DNA of 63,852 nucleotides, the filler included, from Octopus bimaculoides (taxonomy: Eukaryota), in NCBI RefSeq assembly GCF_001194135.2. It is 8 parts of 8 records of this genome, joined end to end, with 100 filler letters (N's around TTAATTAATTAA, not from the genome) between each part and the next. Parts side by side here need not be neighbours in the genome. Positions count along the whole stretch, not along the records: positions 48,738 to 53,778 come from NC_068991.1; positions 53,879 to 57,768 come from NC_069007.1; positions 57,869 to 59,692 come from NW_026384745.1; positions 59,793 to 62,627 come from NC_068983.1; positions 62,728 to 63,852 come from NW_026347225.1; 3 more parts are not named here. One strand, written 5' to 3'. The notes beneath the pieces are model-generated. The model did no database searches. It saw nothing but the letters and a program-made list of their open reading frames with translations, and was not told the origin of the DNA. Every line of letters begins with the position of its first letter. Within the stretch, counting starts at the first letter, position 1. This document shows, in pieces, positions 52,413 through 63,852 of this stretch. The position numbers and the translations under genes are program-made.

Positions 52413-52447
<35 letters not shown>

Positions 52448-53273
52448 NNNNNNNNNNNNNNNNNNNNNNNNNNNNNNNNNNNNNNNNNNNNNNNNNNNNN
52501 NNNNNNNNNNNNNNNNNNNNNNNNNNNNNNNNNNNNNNNNNNNNNNNNNNNNNNNNNNNNNNNNNNNNNNNNNNNNNNNNNNNNNNNNNNNNNNNNNNNN
52601 NNNNNNNNNNNNNNNNNNNNNNNNNNNNNNNNNNNNNNNNNNNNNNNNNNNNNNNNNNNNNNNNNNNNNNNNNNNNNNNNNNNNNNNNNNNNNNNNNNNN
52701 NNNNNNNNNNNNNNNNNNNNNNNNNNNNNNNNNNNNNNNNNNNNNNNNNNNNNNNNNNNNNNNNNNNNNNNNNNNNNNNNNNNNNNNNNNNNNNNNNNNN
52801 NNNNNNNNNNNNNNNNNNNNNNNNNNNNNNNNNNNNNNNNNNNNNNNNNNNNNNNNNNNNNNNNNNNNNNNNNNNNNNNNNNNNNNNNNNNNNNNNNNNN
52901 NNNNNNNNNNNNNNNNNNNNNNNNNNNNNNNNNNNNNNNNNNNNNNNNNNNNNNNNNNNNNNNNNNNNNNNNNNNNNNNNNNNNNNNNNNNNNNNNNNNN
53001 NNNNNNNNNNNNNNNNNNNNNNNNNNNNNNNNNNNNNNNNNNNNNNNNNNNNNNNNNNNNNNNNNNNNNNNNNNNNNNNNNNNNNNNNNNNNNNNNNNNN
53101 NNNNNNNNNNNNNNNNNNNNNNNNNNNNNNNNNNNNNNNNNNNNNNNNNNNNNNNNNNNNNNNNNNNNNNNNNNNNNNNNNNNNNNNNNNNNNNNNNNNN
53201 NNNNNNNNNNNNNNNNNNNNNNNNNNNNNNNNNNNNNNNNNNNNNNNNNNNNNNNNNNNNNNNNNNNNNNNNN

Positions 53274-53340
<67 letters not shown>

Positions 53341-54651
53341 GCACACATACACACACTCCTGTGAGTATGTGTGTTCATGCGTGGAAATATATGAAAACAG
53401 AAAGTGTCTTTCTATATCTCTTCTTACTGCTATTACTACTACTCCTGACAAGGGATCACTCAGTTGTGCATCATCCTCTCCATCTCTCACTCTTTAATCC
53501 TGCTGACTGACACTTCTTGTATGTGTCTACATAGTTCTTAAACCGGTCCATTTATAGCACCGTTTAATAAAGGCCATCATAGGTCATTTGCTCTTTCAGT
53601 TTCCATACTCATTCACAAAATCGCGCGCGCGCACACGCAAACGCATAGTTATGTAGATACACATTTAGATGTAGAGATATTTGTATACTACAAAAATATG
53701 TGTGTGTGTGTGTGTGCGTGTGTGTGTGTGTGTGTGCGTGTGTGTGTGTGTGTGTGTGCGTGTGTGTGTGTGTGTGTGNNNNNNNNNNNNNNNNNNNNNN
53801 NNNNNNNNNNNNNNNNNNNNNNTTAATTAATTAANNNNNNNNNNNNNNNNNNNNNNNNNNNNNNNNNNNNNNNNNNNNATAAAGATGTGGATATGATTGG
53901 CAGACGGGCGCTGCTTAGTGTTCTTGAGCGAGACAATTTAACGTTGCGGCTGTCCACTCACCTGTGTATGACGAACAGGTCTTTTTGAACTGGTGTCCCG
54001 TCGAGCTCTAATGAGAACTGGGGATCTTTCTCTTGCAGTGGTTCACACGTTAGCACATGGCTGGGCCCTTCACAGATGCTACTACTACTAGTCAGAGTAG
54101 ACCCGCGGAATATAAGGGCCAAGCGAGCATGACTTTAAGCTGTATCCATAGTACAGGGGTTCCATGTTTTCTTAAGTGTGTGCAATTAACACACACACAT
54201 ATAGACACTCACACGCACACACATATAGACACTCACACGCACACACCTATGTATATATCACATTAATATCGATGTGATTCGTTACACATAGCCATATGAT
54301 TCGCTGTTTACATGAGCTTCGCAAAATGAACGACTTTCCTTGCCACAGTTAATGGAGTTTATAGCGAAGACTGGTAAATCACATAGATCTAAAAAAACAC
54401 ATTGAGAAAACACGTGTTTGAAAATCTATGCTTTATAAATGTAGATAAAAGAGATGAATATATTTTTGATGTGAAATGAGATGAATACCAGAGAACTTAT
54501 CAACTCGGCATTCTGGCTAGAACGCTAAGAAAATATCTAATTAGATACACAAAACAGAAGACAAAGGATTATAATCAAATACTGACAGAATTTACGATAA
54601 GAATTTGGTTAAATCTGTAACTGTATTGTGTATCTGTGCATATATATGTAA

Positions 54652-54691
<40 letters not shown>

Positions 54692-54943
54692 ATGTGTGTG
54701 AGTGCGTGTAATTTTGTGATACGNNNNNNNNNNNNNNNNNNNNNNNNNNNNNNNNNNNNNNNNNNNNNNNNNNNNNNNNNNNNNNNNNNNNNNNNNNNNN
54801 NNNNNNNNNNNNNNNNNNNNNNNNNNNNNNNNNNNNNNNNNNNNNNNNNNNNNNNNNNNNNNNNNNNNNNNNNNNNNNNNNNNNNNNNNNNNNNNNNNNN
54901 NNNNNNNNNNNNNNNNNNNNNNNNNNNNNNNNNNNNNNNATAT

Positions 54944-55009
<66 letters not shown>

Positions 55010-55129
55010 TTACAGGATGCGATGAGAAAATTGTCGCCATGTTGCAACTTCCATTATGTGCATGCGCATTGCTTATTTCTGATTTTCTCGAGTACACAGT
55101 TTATTAGGATCAGTTGGGCATCGTCTGTG

Positions 55130-55345
55130 AGAAAAACACCATCATGACACAATTCACTTAGCCAGAAATGTGGAAAAAACATGCTTAGCAATCACTCCGG
55201 AAGCTCCAATTCGTTTGGGTGTCAATCTGGGGAGAGTGCAATATGACAACATGTACTGAGAGTGATAAAAATCAAACATCCAGTCAACATCATGGTGTCT
55301 GGAGTGCTCACTAGTGACGGTGACGTCATGCCTCATGTTTTCTTC
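55130..55345 (+). mobile_element. Tc1/mariner transposase fragment
   Basis: Encodes VNIMVSGVLTSDGDVMPH, a V.V.G.....GDVMP motif shared with the 62728-63060 remnant. Confidence 0.55.
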
Positions 55346-55489
55346 CAATGTACATATTTTTCAATGTAAATGCTCTCCTATACTATCGTGGAGATATTTG
55401 TATTCGTTTGGCCTCAGCACAGGACATCTCATGACGAGATGGTCTTTTGTTTCATCAAAATTATCGCCGAACCGTTTTGAAAAAAAAAA

Positions 55490-55905
55490 GTATCCTGATA
55501 GTCTTTGGTAAGCATGCTCTAACCATGTGCTGCTAGTATGGAACCTTCAGTACCTGCTTTCAGTCCTGAGCTTCTCAGCCACTGATGGGTTGTTGCTTGG
55601 TGTACATCAGCATTTCGCTTTCGAAATATATATACTGTCCTCACAGAGGCTTCTGGATCCACCGCTCTTCAATTTGTTTCTGCATGTTCATTTTTGAAGT
55701 TTGTTTGATCCGTTTTGCCATTTTCGTGGCAGTAGTCTCATGTTCTTCATCTAATTCACGGTAAATGCCAAGTTTCCATGCAAGTTTGCAGGCTTCCTTG
55801 ACAATAGAATGTGATTTTTTACTGGTTCTGTACTCGCACACAAGCCGTAGCATCCAGTCCTCTGTACTCGACAAGTACTTGTCCATTGCTATTGTGAAGG
55901 TGTAG
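55490..55905 (-). mobile_element. R4/Dong-clade non-LTR fragment (post-RT region)
   Basis: DKYLSSTEDWML...EERWIQKPL*G then ADVHQATTHQWLRSSGLKAGTEGSILAAH. Abuts a long (AAT)n tract. Confidence 0.75.
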
Positions 55906-55938
55906 TTATCATTATTATCATTATTATTATTATTATTA

Positions 55939-56008
<70 letters not shown>

Positions 56009-56227
56009 TTTCGAATAGCAAAAATTAATAAATATATTATTTTTAAAGATGTATGAATATGTAGATATATAAGCCAACTATGTGCAGAGGCTCATACACA
56101 GTCATAAATATATACATATTCACATACATGTGCACACACATGACAATATACATACATATATATGTATATGTATATGCATCTCTCTCTCTATCGCTCTTAC
56201 TCTCTTCTCTCTCTCTCTCTCTCTCTC

Positions 56228-56265
<38 letters not shown>

Positions 56266-57699
56266 NNNNNNNNNNNNNNNNNNNNNNNNNNNNNNNNNNN
56301 NNNNNNNNNNNNNNNNNNNNNNNNNNNNNNNNNNNNNNNNNNNNNNNNNNNNNNNNNNNNNNNNNNNNNNNNNNNNNNNNNNNNNNNNNNNNNNNNNNNN
56401 NNNNNNNNNNNNNNNNNNNNNNNNNNNNNNNNNNNNNNNNNNNNNNNNNNNNNNNNNNNNNNNNNNNNNNNNNNNNNNNNNNNNNNNNNNNNNNNNNNNN
56501 NNNNNNNNNNNNNNNNNNNNNNNNNNNNNNNNNNNNNNNNNNNNNNNNNNNNNNNNNNNNNNNNNNNNNNNNNNNNNNNNNNNNNNNNNNNNNNNNNNNN
56601 NNNNNNNNNNNNNNNNNNNNNNNNNNNNNNNNNNNNNNNNNNNNNNNNNNNNNNNNNNNNNNNNNNNNNNNNNNNNNNNNNNNNNNNNNNNNNNNNNNNN
56701 NNNNNNNNNNNNNNNNNNNNNNNNNNNNNNNNNNNNNNNNNNNNNNNNNNNNNNNNNNNNNNNNNNNNNNNNNNNNNNNNNNNNNNNNNNNNNNNNNNNN
56801 NNNNNNNNNNNNNNNNNNNNNNNNNNNNNNNNNNNNNNNNNNNNNNNNNNNNNNNNNNNNNNNNNNNNNNNNNNNNNNNNNNNNNNNNNNNNNNNNNNNN
56901 NNNNNNNNNNNNNNNNNNNNNNNNNNNNNNNNNNNNNNNNNNNNNNNNNNNNNNNNNNNNNNNNNNNNNNNNNNNNNNNNNNNNNNNNNNNNNNNNNNNN
57001 NNNNNNNNNNNNNNNNNNNNNNNNNNNNNNNTATATATATATACATATATAAATGTGTATACCTATGTGTATATACACATCTTTGTAAGTGCATATTTTC
57101 TATAATCATTTTTGCGATGACAGTTTCTTCTGCTTTAGTTTGATATCAAAAATTTTATATAGACAAGAAAAAATATGTCTCACGTTTAAAGAAAAGTATA
57201 AATAAAGACGGAATGTTATGTTCGAAGTTTTTAGAAATATTTTAAAAATAAAAATTACACTTGCGGACACACAAACAAATATAAAATAAAAAATTATAAA
57301 CGATGAAGAACCATGCAAACGGAAAAATTCATGTCATTTGGCAACGAAGAAAAGTATTCGTATGTAAATGTGGTTATATCCATAGATGAAAGATTCTTCT
57401 AAGCCACAGGTTACGATGTTGATCTGTCGTACAATTTATTTTTGTCAGCTGAGTAAACTGAATCAACGGGAAATGCAGTGTTATGACCATGAGTGTAACA
57501 CGCAGACCACTAAGGCCATCACATGTACACATACATACATATATATATATTTGTGTGTATACATATATGTATACCTATATGCATGCATATATACATATAT
57601 AGACGCATATATACATATATATATATGTGTGTATTAATACATTAATATATATGTGTATAATATATATGCGTATTAATAGATTAATCGATATATATGTAT

Positions 57700-57768
<69 letters not shown>

Positions 57769-57868
57769 NNNNNNNNNNNNNNNNNNNNNNNNNNNNNNNN
57801 NNNNNNNNNNNNTTAATTAATTAANNNNNNNNNNNNNNNNNNNNNNNNNNNNNNNNNNNNNNNNNNNN

Positions 57869-57905
<37 letters not shown>

Positions 57906-58764
57906 ACACATATATTTCTATATGTATCGCGCAGCAGCCCCACAAAGAACCCTTCTTGCTTGCTGTACCATCCATCAACCATTCAGCCCTCTGTTTTTAC
58001 CCCCAGCTTCACTAAATTCCTCGTTTTCTCAGTTAATCTCATTTCTAGGTGCCGAATTTATTTCTAGAAACCTCACCAGCGTCACTATGAAAACAATCTG
58101 AAAATGCAAGGGGAGGGCATCTCGATTGTTGACTCTTTTTTTGGAGGGTTTTTGCTTTCCACTGCACTACATTTTTTGTGGTTTTTTTTTTGTCTTCTCT
58201 TTTCGCTCGTTTTCTGGTTTTATATCCTGGGTACAACATAATAAACGTTGCGACACAAAGCATGGCCTTTTCTGGGGTTGTAATGAAAATATAGCAGATT
58301 CCCTTGAATTTTTTTTTATTCCTTTTTCATTTCTTTTTTTAATTGTTTCAGTCATTCGACTTCAGCCATCCTGGGACAAGACCTGGAAAGGGGTTTTACT
58401 CCTTCAGACTCTTTCGATCCCAGTACATTTTTTTCTTTTTCTTAGGTCTAGTGCTTATTCTNNNNNNNNNNNNNNNNNNNNNNNNNNNNNNNNNNNNNNN
58501 NNNNNNNNNNNNNNNNNNNNNNNNNNNNNNNNNNNNNNNNNNNNNNNNNNNNNNNNNNNNNNNNNNNNNNNNNNNNNNNNNNNNNNNNNNNNNNNNNNNN
58601 NNNNNNNNNNNNNNNNNNNNNNNNNNNNNNNNNNNNNNNNNNNNNNNNNNNNNNNNNNNNNNNNNNNNNNNNNNNNNNNNNNNNNNNNNNNNNNNNNNNN
58701 NNNNNNNNNNNNNNNNNNNNCACACACACATACACATACACGCATATGTCTGTATATTTATATA

Positions 58765-59195
58765 TATTCTGCGAGCTAACGAAATCTTAGGCGCGTCGAA
58801 CAAAATGCTTAGTAGCTTTGCATCCGTTTTTACGTCCTGCGCTCAAATTCTACCGAAATTGACTTTGCCTTTCATCCTTTTGGAGTCGATAAAATAAGTA
58901 CCAGTGAAACACTGGGGTCGATGTAATCGGCTAATTTCGTCCTTGTCTATAGTAAAGAGATTATTATAATTATTAAGTCAGGCGGTATGGTGGTGAGCTG
59001 GCAGAATCGTTAGCACGGTGGACGAAATGCTTAACGGTATTTCGCCCATCGCTACGTTCTGAGTTCCAATTCCACCGAGGTCGATTTTGCCTTTCATCCT
59101 TTCGGGGTTGATAAATTAAGTACCAACTGAGTACTGGTGTCGATGTAACCGACTTCACACCTCCCCCCAAATTTCAACCCTTGTTCCTATAGCAG
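58765..59195 (+). mobile_element. Two adjacent SINE family B copies
   Basis: Two runs of gagct...gttctgagttccaattcc...tttgcctttcatcctt...aagtaccag. Confidence 0.8.
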
Positions 59196-60651
59196 AAAGA
59201 ATTATTATTATTGATGTTTTGTACTTAATCGCACCAACTTCAAATTAAATACATCATTTTACTGTTGTCAACCTTCTGACATATTTCAGGATGTTGAAAT
59301 TTAGTGTGTTTTTTTTTTTTACTTCATTTGTTTTATCTCCTTGTTTTAAAATTCTTTCATTGTGCCTAAGATAATAAGTTACACATGTCAGAGAGGCAAG
59401 ATGGAGGGCTGTCTGCGCTACGCACTCCCCCTCTCTCTCTCATTGTTTCTCTCTCTCTTTCTTTCCCCCCTTTCTCTCTCTGACTTTCATATCAAAATAA
59501 TCTATGAGTTAGGCGTCGCCGACTGACAGACAACAGGTAAGAGAGCAGAAATTGCTAAGTCTTTCTCGGCTGTGTGCTGATCTTGCAAAAGGAACAACAT
59601 CAACAGAAGAGAAACGAGCGCCTAAAAATAATAACAATTGAAATTACATTACACCCAGATTTCAGTGATAACACACACACACACACACACACNNNNNNNN
59701 NNNNNNNNNNNNNNNNNNNNNNNNNNNNNNNNNNNNTTAATTAATTAANNNNNNNNNNNNNNNNNNNNNNNNNNNNNNNNNNNNNNNNNNNNTGTTTGTC
59801 TTTGTGTCTATGTTTGTCTCCCCACCACTTCATAGCCGGTATCAGTTTGTAACACAGTGGTTCGACAAAAGGAACCATAGAATAAGTAACAGGGTTTTTT
59901 TTTAAAAAAAAAAACAAGCACTGGAGTCGATTCATTCGACTAAAAATTCTTCATGGCGATACCCTAGCATGGCTGCATTCTAATGACCGAAACAAGAAAA
60001 AGAATAAAAGTTAAAAGACGACAAAAGACGAAGTTGACCTCGGCGAGATTTGAACTCAGTATGTAAAGCTCCCACAGAAAAACTGAGCTCCAAATCATGG
60101 TTCCTCATTTGAGCACAGGGCCAGAAATTTTGAGCGCAAGTGGTTAATCGATACCGTTCACCCTAGTACATGACTGGTCCTTTATCTTACCGACATTTAC
60201 AGGATAATCGGCTACGTTGACCTCAGCTAAATTTGGAATCGGAACGTAAAGAACCGCAAGAAATACCAACCCCGAATAATGAAAAGCAAAAGTCTGCGAC
60301 TGCTAAATTTGAACTCAGAACTGATTCCGCCAATCTGCTGTCTTGAAAATGGTAAGAGCGAAAAAGTATGGCTCCGTGGTTAAGAACGCTATCTTGAAAA
60401 TAATACAGTTAGATAGCACCATGGGGCATCTCGATGAAATGTCCACTACCATAGGTTTGGGTTGACCAGTGATGAAATGACTGAAAGAAATTGTACGACG
60501 AAACTTGTCAGAGCTTCATAATAGACCATACTGATTAGAAATACTGATGTAGAAGGAGTAACACTGTTTTAGCGTGTCCTTCAATGGCGAAAAGATAATT
60601 CATCTTAGACATAATAGTTTCAGAGATACTTTCTAAGCTATGGAAAAATAA

Positions 60652-60721
60652 GAGTGAATATTTATGAGTGAATATTTATGAGTGAATATTTATAAGTGAA
60701 TATTTATGAGTGAATATTTAT
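60652..60721. repeat. 14-bp minisatellite (GAGTGAATATTTAT) x5
   Basis: Five direct copies, one with a G>A change. Confidence 0.95.
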
Positions 60722-61661
60722 AAATCTATAAAATTGTGCATAAAGTATATAAAGTGTATATATAAAGTGTATTAAGTAATCATTGTATTCCAATTTCTTT
60801 CACTTTTCAATGAGTTTACAACAGGGAGTTATTAAGGGAAAATTATTATAAATGTTTAAATTTGAATTTGGATATCAAGTCTAATTTTGGAGACAAATGA
60901 ATTTGCAATGCCCCACGGAACTCATCTTTGCCTACCTTGACACCACTTTCGTACACCTCGTTGCTACTCTCTCCTCATACATCTACGATACCAACCACGC
61001 CCTCCATTTCTACTTTCTTCCTTCTTTGGTCCTTTCTAAGAAATTAAACCCTTTAGATTGCAACAGNNNNNNNNNNNNNNNNNNNNNNNNNNNNNNNNNN
61101 NNNNNNNNNNNNNNNNNNNNNNNNNNNNNNNNNNNNNNNNNNNNNNNNNNNNNNNNNNNNNNNNNNNNNNNNNNNNNNNNNNNNNNNNNNNNNNNNNNNN
61201 NNNNNNNNNNNNNNNNNNNNNNNNNNNNNNNNNNNNNNNNNNNNNNNNNNNNNNNNNNNNNNNNNNNNNNNNNNNNNNNNNNNNNNNNNNNNNNNNNNNN
61301 NNNNNNNNNNNNNNNNNNNNNNNNNNNNNNNNNNNNNNNNNNNNNNNNNNNNNNNNNNNNNNNNNNNNNNNNNNNNNNNNNNNNNNNNNNNNNNNNNNNN
61401 NNNNNNNNNNNNNNNNNNNNNNNNNNNNNNNNNNNNNNNNNNNNNNNNNNNNNNNNNNNNNNNNNNNNNNNNNNNNNNNNNNCAGGTAAAAAAATATCCG
61501 TCATCAGTATGTGTCAACCACCGGTTGGCGATGGGAAGTGGTTCTCAATGCAAATATGTATACTTTTTCCAGTGACGAAAAGTCACTGATCTCGAAAAAG
61601 TGGAAACAAGCAATAATAAATCTTTGAGCGAGGTATAAATAGTAGCTGCACGACAACGTGA

Positions 61662-61996
61662 AGTATATTTGCCACTTAAATGTGGCTAACCCTTAAGGGT
61701 CGATGTTACTGAAGCTTGTAGCCCCAGGAAGATATCTCCTTCAGCTGGCTAATGACACATTGTCTGTGCCCTATCAGAATTTGCAAAGAGAAGTCAACCG
61801 GTGGCTGTCACACGCTGATGACGGGTCCGTGTGTATAACGTCTGGCTGGAGATGGGAACGATGACTTCCCTTTGCAAATACTGATAGGGCACAGATAGTG
61901 TGTCAATAGCCTGCTGGAGGAGATGTCTTCCTGGGGCTACAAGCTACAGTAGCATCGACCCTTAAGGGTTAGCCACATTTAGGTGGCAAATATACT
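61662..61996. mobile_element. MITE with ~135-bp terminal inverted repeats
   Basis: agtatatttgccacttaaatgtggctaacccttaagggtcgatg...gaagtca pairs with tgacttc...catcgacccttaagggttagccacatttaggtggcaaatatact, with a ~63-bp spacer. Confidence 0.85.
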
Positions 61997-62727
61997 CCAC
62001 GATTACATATTTATTTATTCATTCATTTATTTATCTATCTATTTATTGATGAAGTGTGATTTTTCAGCCACTAACGTTCGCTTTCTTGCTGTTCATTCTG
62101 ATCTTATGAAAAAAGACATTCAAAATAAGAGCTGCTGCTGCTGCTGCTGCTCTTGTTGTTGTTGTTTAGCACCAGGTCGACACTGATTAAGCAAATATAT
62201 GGCCAAAGACTTTCCAGTCGTGGCGTCCACATCTTTTTAAGCATTATATTATCCTGGAAAAATGTCTAGTTGCTCTTTCTAGGAGGTCATGTGCTCACGT
62301 GGCGGCTCCTTCGTCTCTTGTCATAATTAGTGCTAACCGTGGCAGCGAAATAGCGGAAACGGAAGTAATAATCAAAATGATAATTTTCAGAAATTAATAT
62401 TACATTAATGTGGCTTCGGTCAGCAATATTGGTTTATGAGTTCTTTATGGCAAGGAGTGACTGGCTGACCGACTGACTGACTGCCTGCCTGACTGTCTGT
62501 CTGTTGTCTGTACGGCCAGCTGGCTGACTGGTTGGCTGGCTGGTTGGCTGGCTGGTTGGCTGGCTGGTTGGTTGGCTGGCTGGCTGGCTGGCTAGTTGGC
62601 TAGCTGGTTGGCTGGCTGTTTGTCTGANNNNNNNNNNNNNNNNNNNNNNNNNNNNNNNNNNNNNNNNNNNNTTAATTAATTAANNNNNNNNNNNNNNNNN
62701 NNNNNNNNNNNNNNNNNNNNNNNNNNN

Positions 62728-63060
62728 GGTCTGAATTGAACCTAAGGCTCTGTTCAAAGATGCGGGACAGCATGACGTCATCCTTACTGTACACACACCC
62801 AAAGACTTTTACATTTTGAGGGAACTTCGTTTCTACGGTTTCCATAGTACGTTTTAATGCCTTCACAGCGTTTACAGAGCATTGAACATCAGTCATAATG
62901 TCTGCATTTTGATAGCCAGCGCGAATCATCTTAATATAGGTAAATCTTCTCCAATATTCAGATGGCCTCCAATCCTCCATGACAGTTAACTTTTTCTCAA
63001 CAACAACTTTAATCCTTACACTTTCAACAATTTTAAACTTTATTCTCTCCAATGCCGTTG
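62728..63060 (-). mobile_element. Tc1/mariner transposase remnant, internally deleted
   Basis: An HTH-like N-terminus (MIRAGYQNADIMTDVQCSVNAVK) joins directly to TKFPQNVKVFGCVYSKDDVML..IFEQSLRFNSD, a motif from the catalytic domain. Confidence 0.65.
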
Positions 63061-63150
63061 GATGTTCACCAATACCGCAGGCTGTGTCTAAGATACAAAG
63101 GAAACTTAAAAATTATTAAAATTTAGCCCGAACATCCTCTCTCTATCTCT

Positions 63151-63186
<36 letters not shown>

Positions 63187-63852
63187 AAGAATAATAACAA
63201 TAAATGGAGCAAAACGCATATGAATAAAAGTTCCTTTAATTCTTACATGTTTCAAAATATAGGTGCACTCTACTCCAAAGAAGTAAGAGCTTCTGGAATT
63301 CCACATATATTCATCGTCAGGGAACCAACATATAGAAGCAAGACAAATGCGAAATGAAGAGGTAACTTACAAGTTATAATATTACCTGGCCAAGTAAGTG
63401 ACCGTTAGAAGTAAGAACGCTTGTTTACATAATGTTATAAAGGGAGGGGGCAGTAAACGCTAAAGGTTTAAAATAAATGATTAAAATGGGGGGGAGGGCA
63501 AAATAGATCACAGTAAAGTAAGTTAAAGTAGTAAGTTAAATGCTAATTCAAAAGTGGAGGAAGGGAGAGAATCAAGAGAGTTCATCAAATATAAAAAAAT
63601 TTCTCCTTAAGGAAAAGACTAATAACATACTAATATAAAGCGAAGAAAGTAAATATAAAAAATAAATAAAGCATCATAGTCTAGTAATATATTATATTAT
63701 TATACGGATATTAACGCAAGTGAATGGTAAAACAAGGTACAGGATATTTAGTTGAGAAATAATAATAATAATGTACACGCTTACAAGGAGAAGATTGGAA
63801 ACATTTAGTTGAAGTTACCAATGGTACAAACAACAACCAGTGTGGCATTACT

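Noticed and set aside
60652-60721. Regular direct repeats as a possible CRISPR-like array
   Set aside because: The repeats are head to tail with no spacers and no cas genes, in a eukaryotic context.

Overview
Repeat-rich, gappy draft assembly of an animal genome. The SINE families and microsatellite load resemble my recollection of Octopus; this is an inference, not a database result. The one firm gene is ANKFY1 (rabankyrin-5) on the minus strand. I traced six coding exons with canonical GT-AG sites and consistent phases (44967->37643, 1236 nt, 412 aa: coiled coil, BTB/BACK, first ankyrin repeats). The gene then stops about 300 bp before an artificial scaffold join, and I found no later exons in the window. 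Head-to-head with ANKFY1 (ATG to ATG 735 bp, two ETS motifs between) is an unrecognised plus-strand gene with 2-3 plausible exons. The rest is tRNA-derived SINEs (about four families), decayed CR1/L2 and R4/Dong LINEs, an ORF1-like gag element, Tc1/mariner remnants, fold-back MITEs, a ~300-330 bp tandem unit and microsatellites. Seven N44-TTAATTAATTAA-N44 blocks are assembly linkers. The best lead is a ~135-nt hairpin (51071-51205) whose 5' arm contains a whole 21-nt candidate microexon with both splice sites. I found no rRNA, true tRNA or CRISPR array, and no clear novel multi-gene system.
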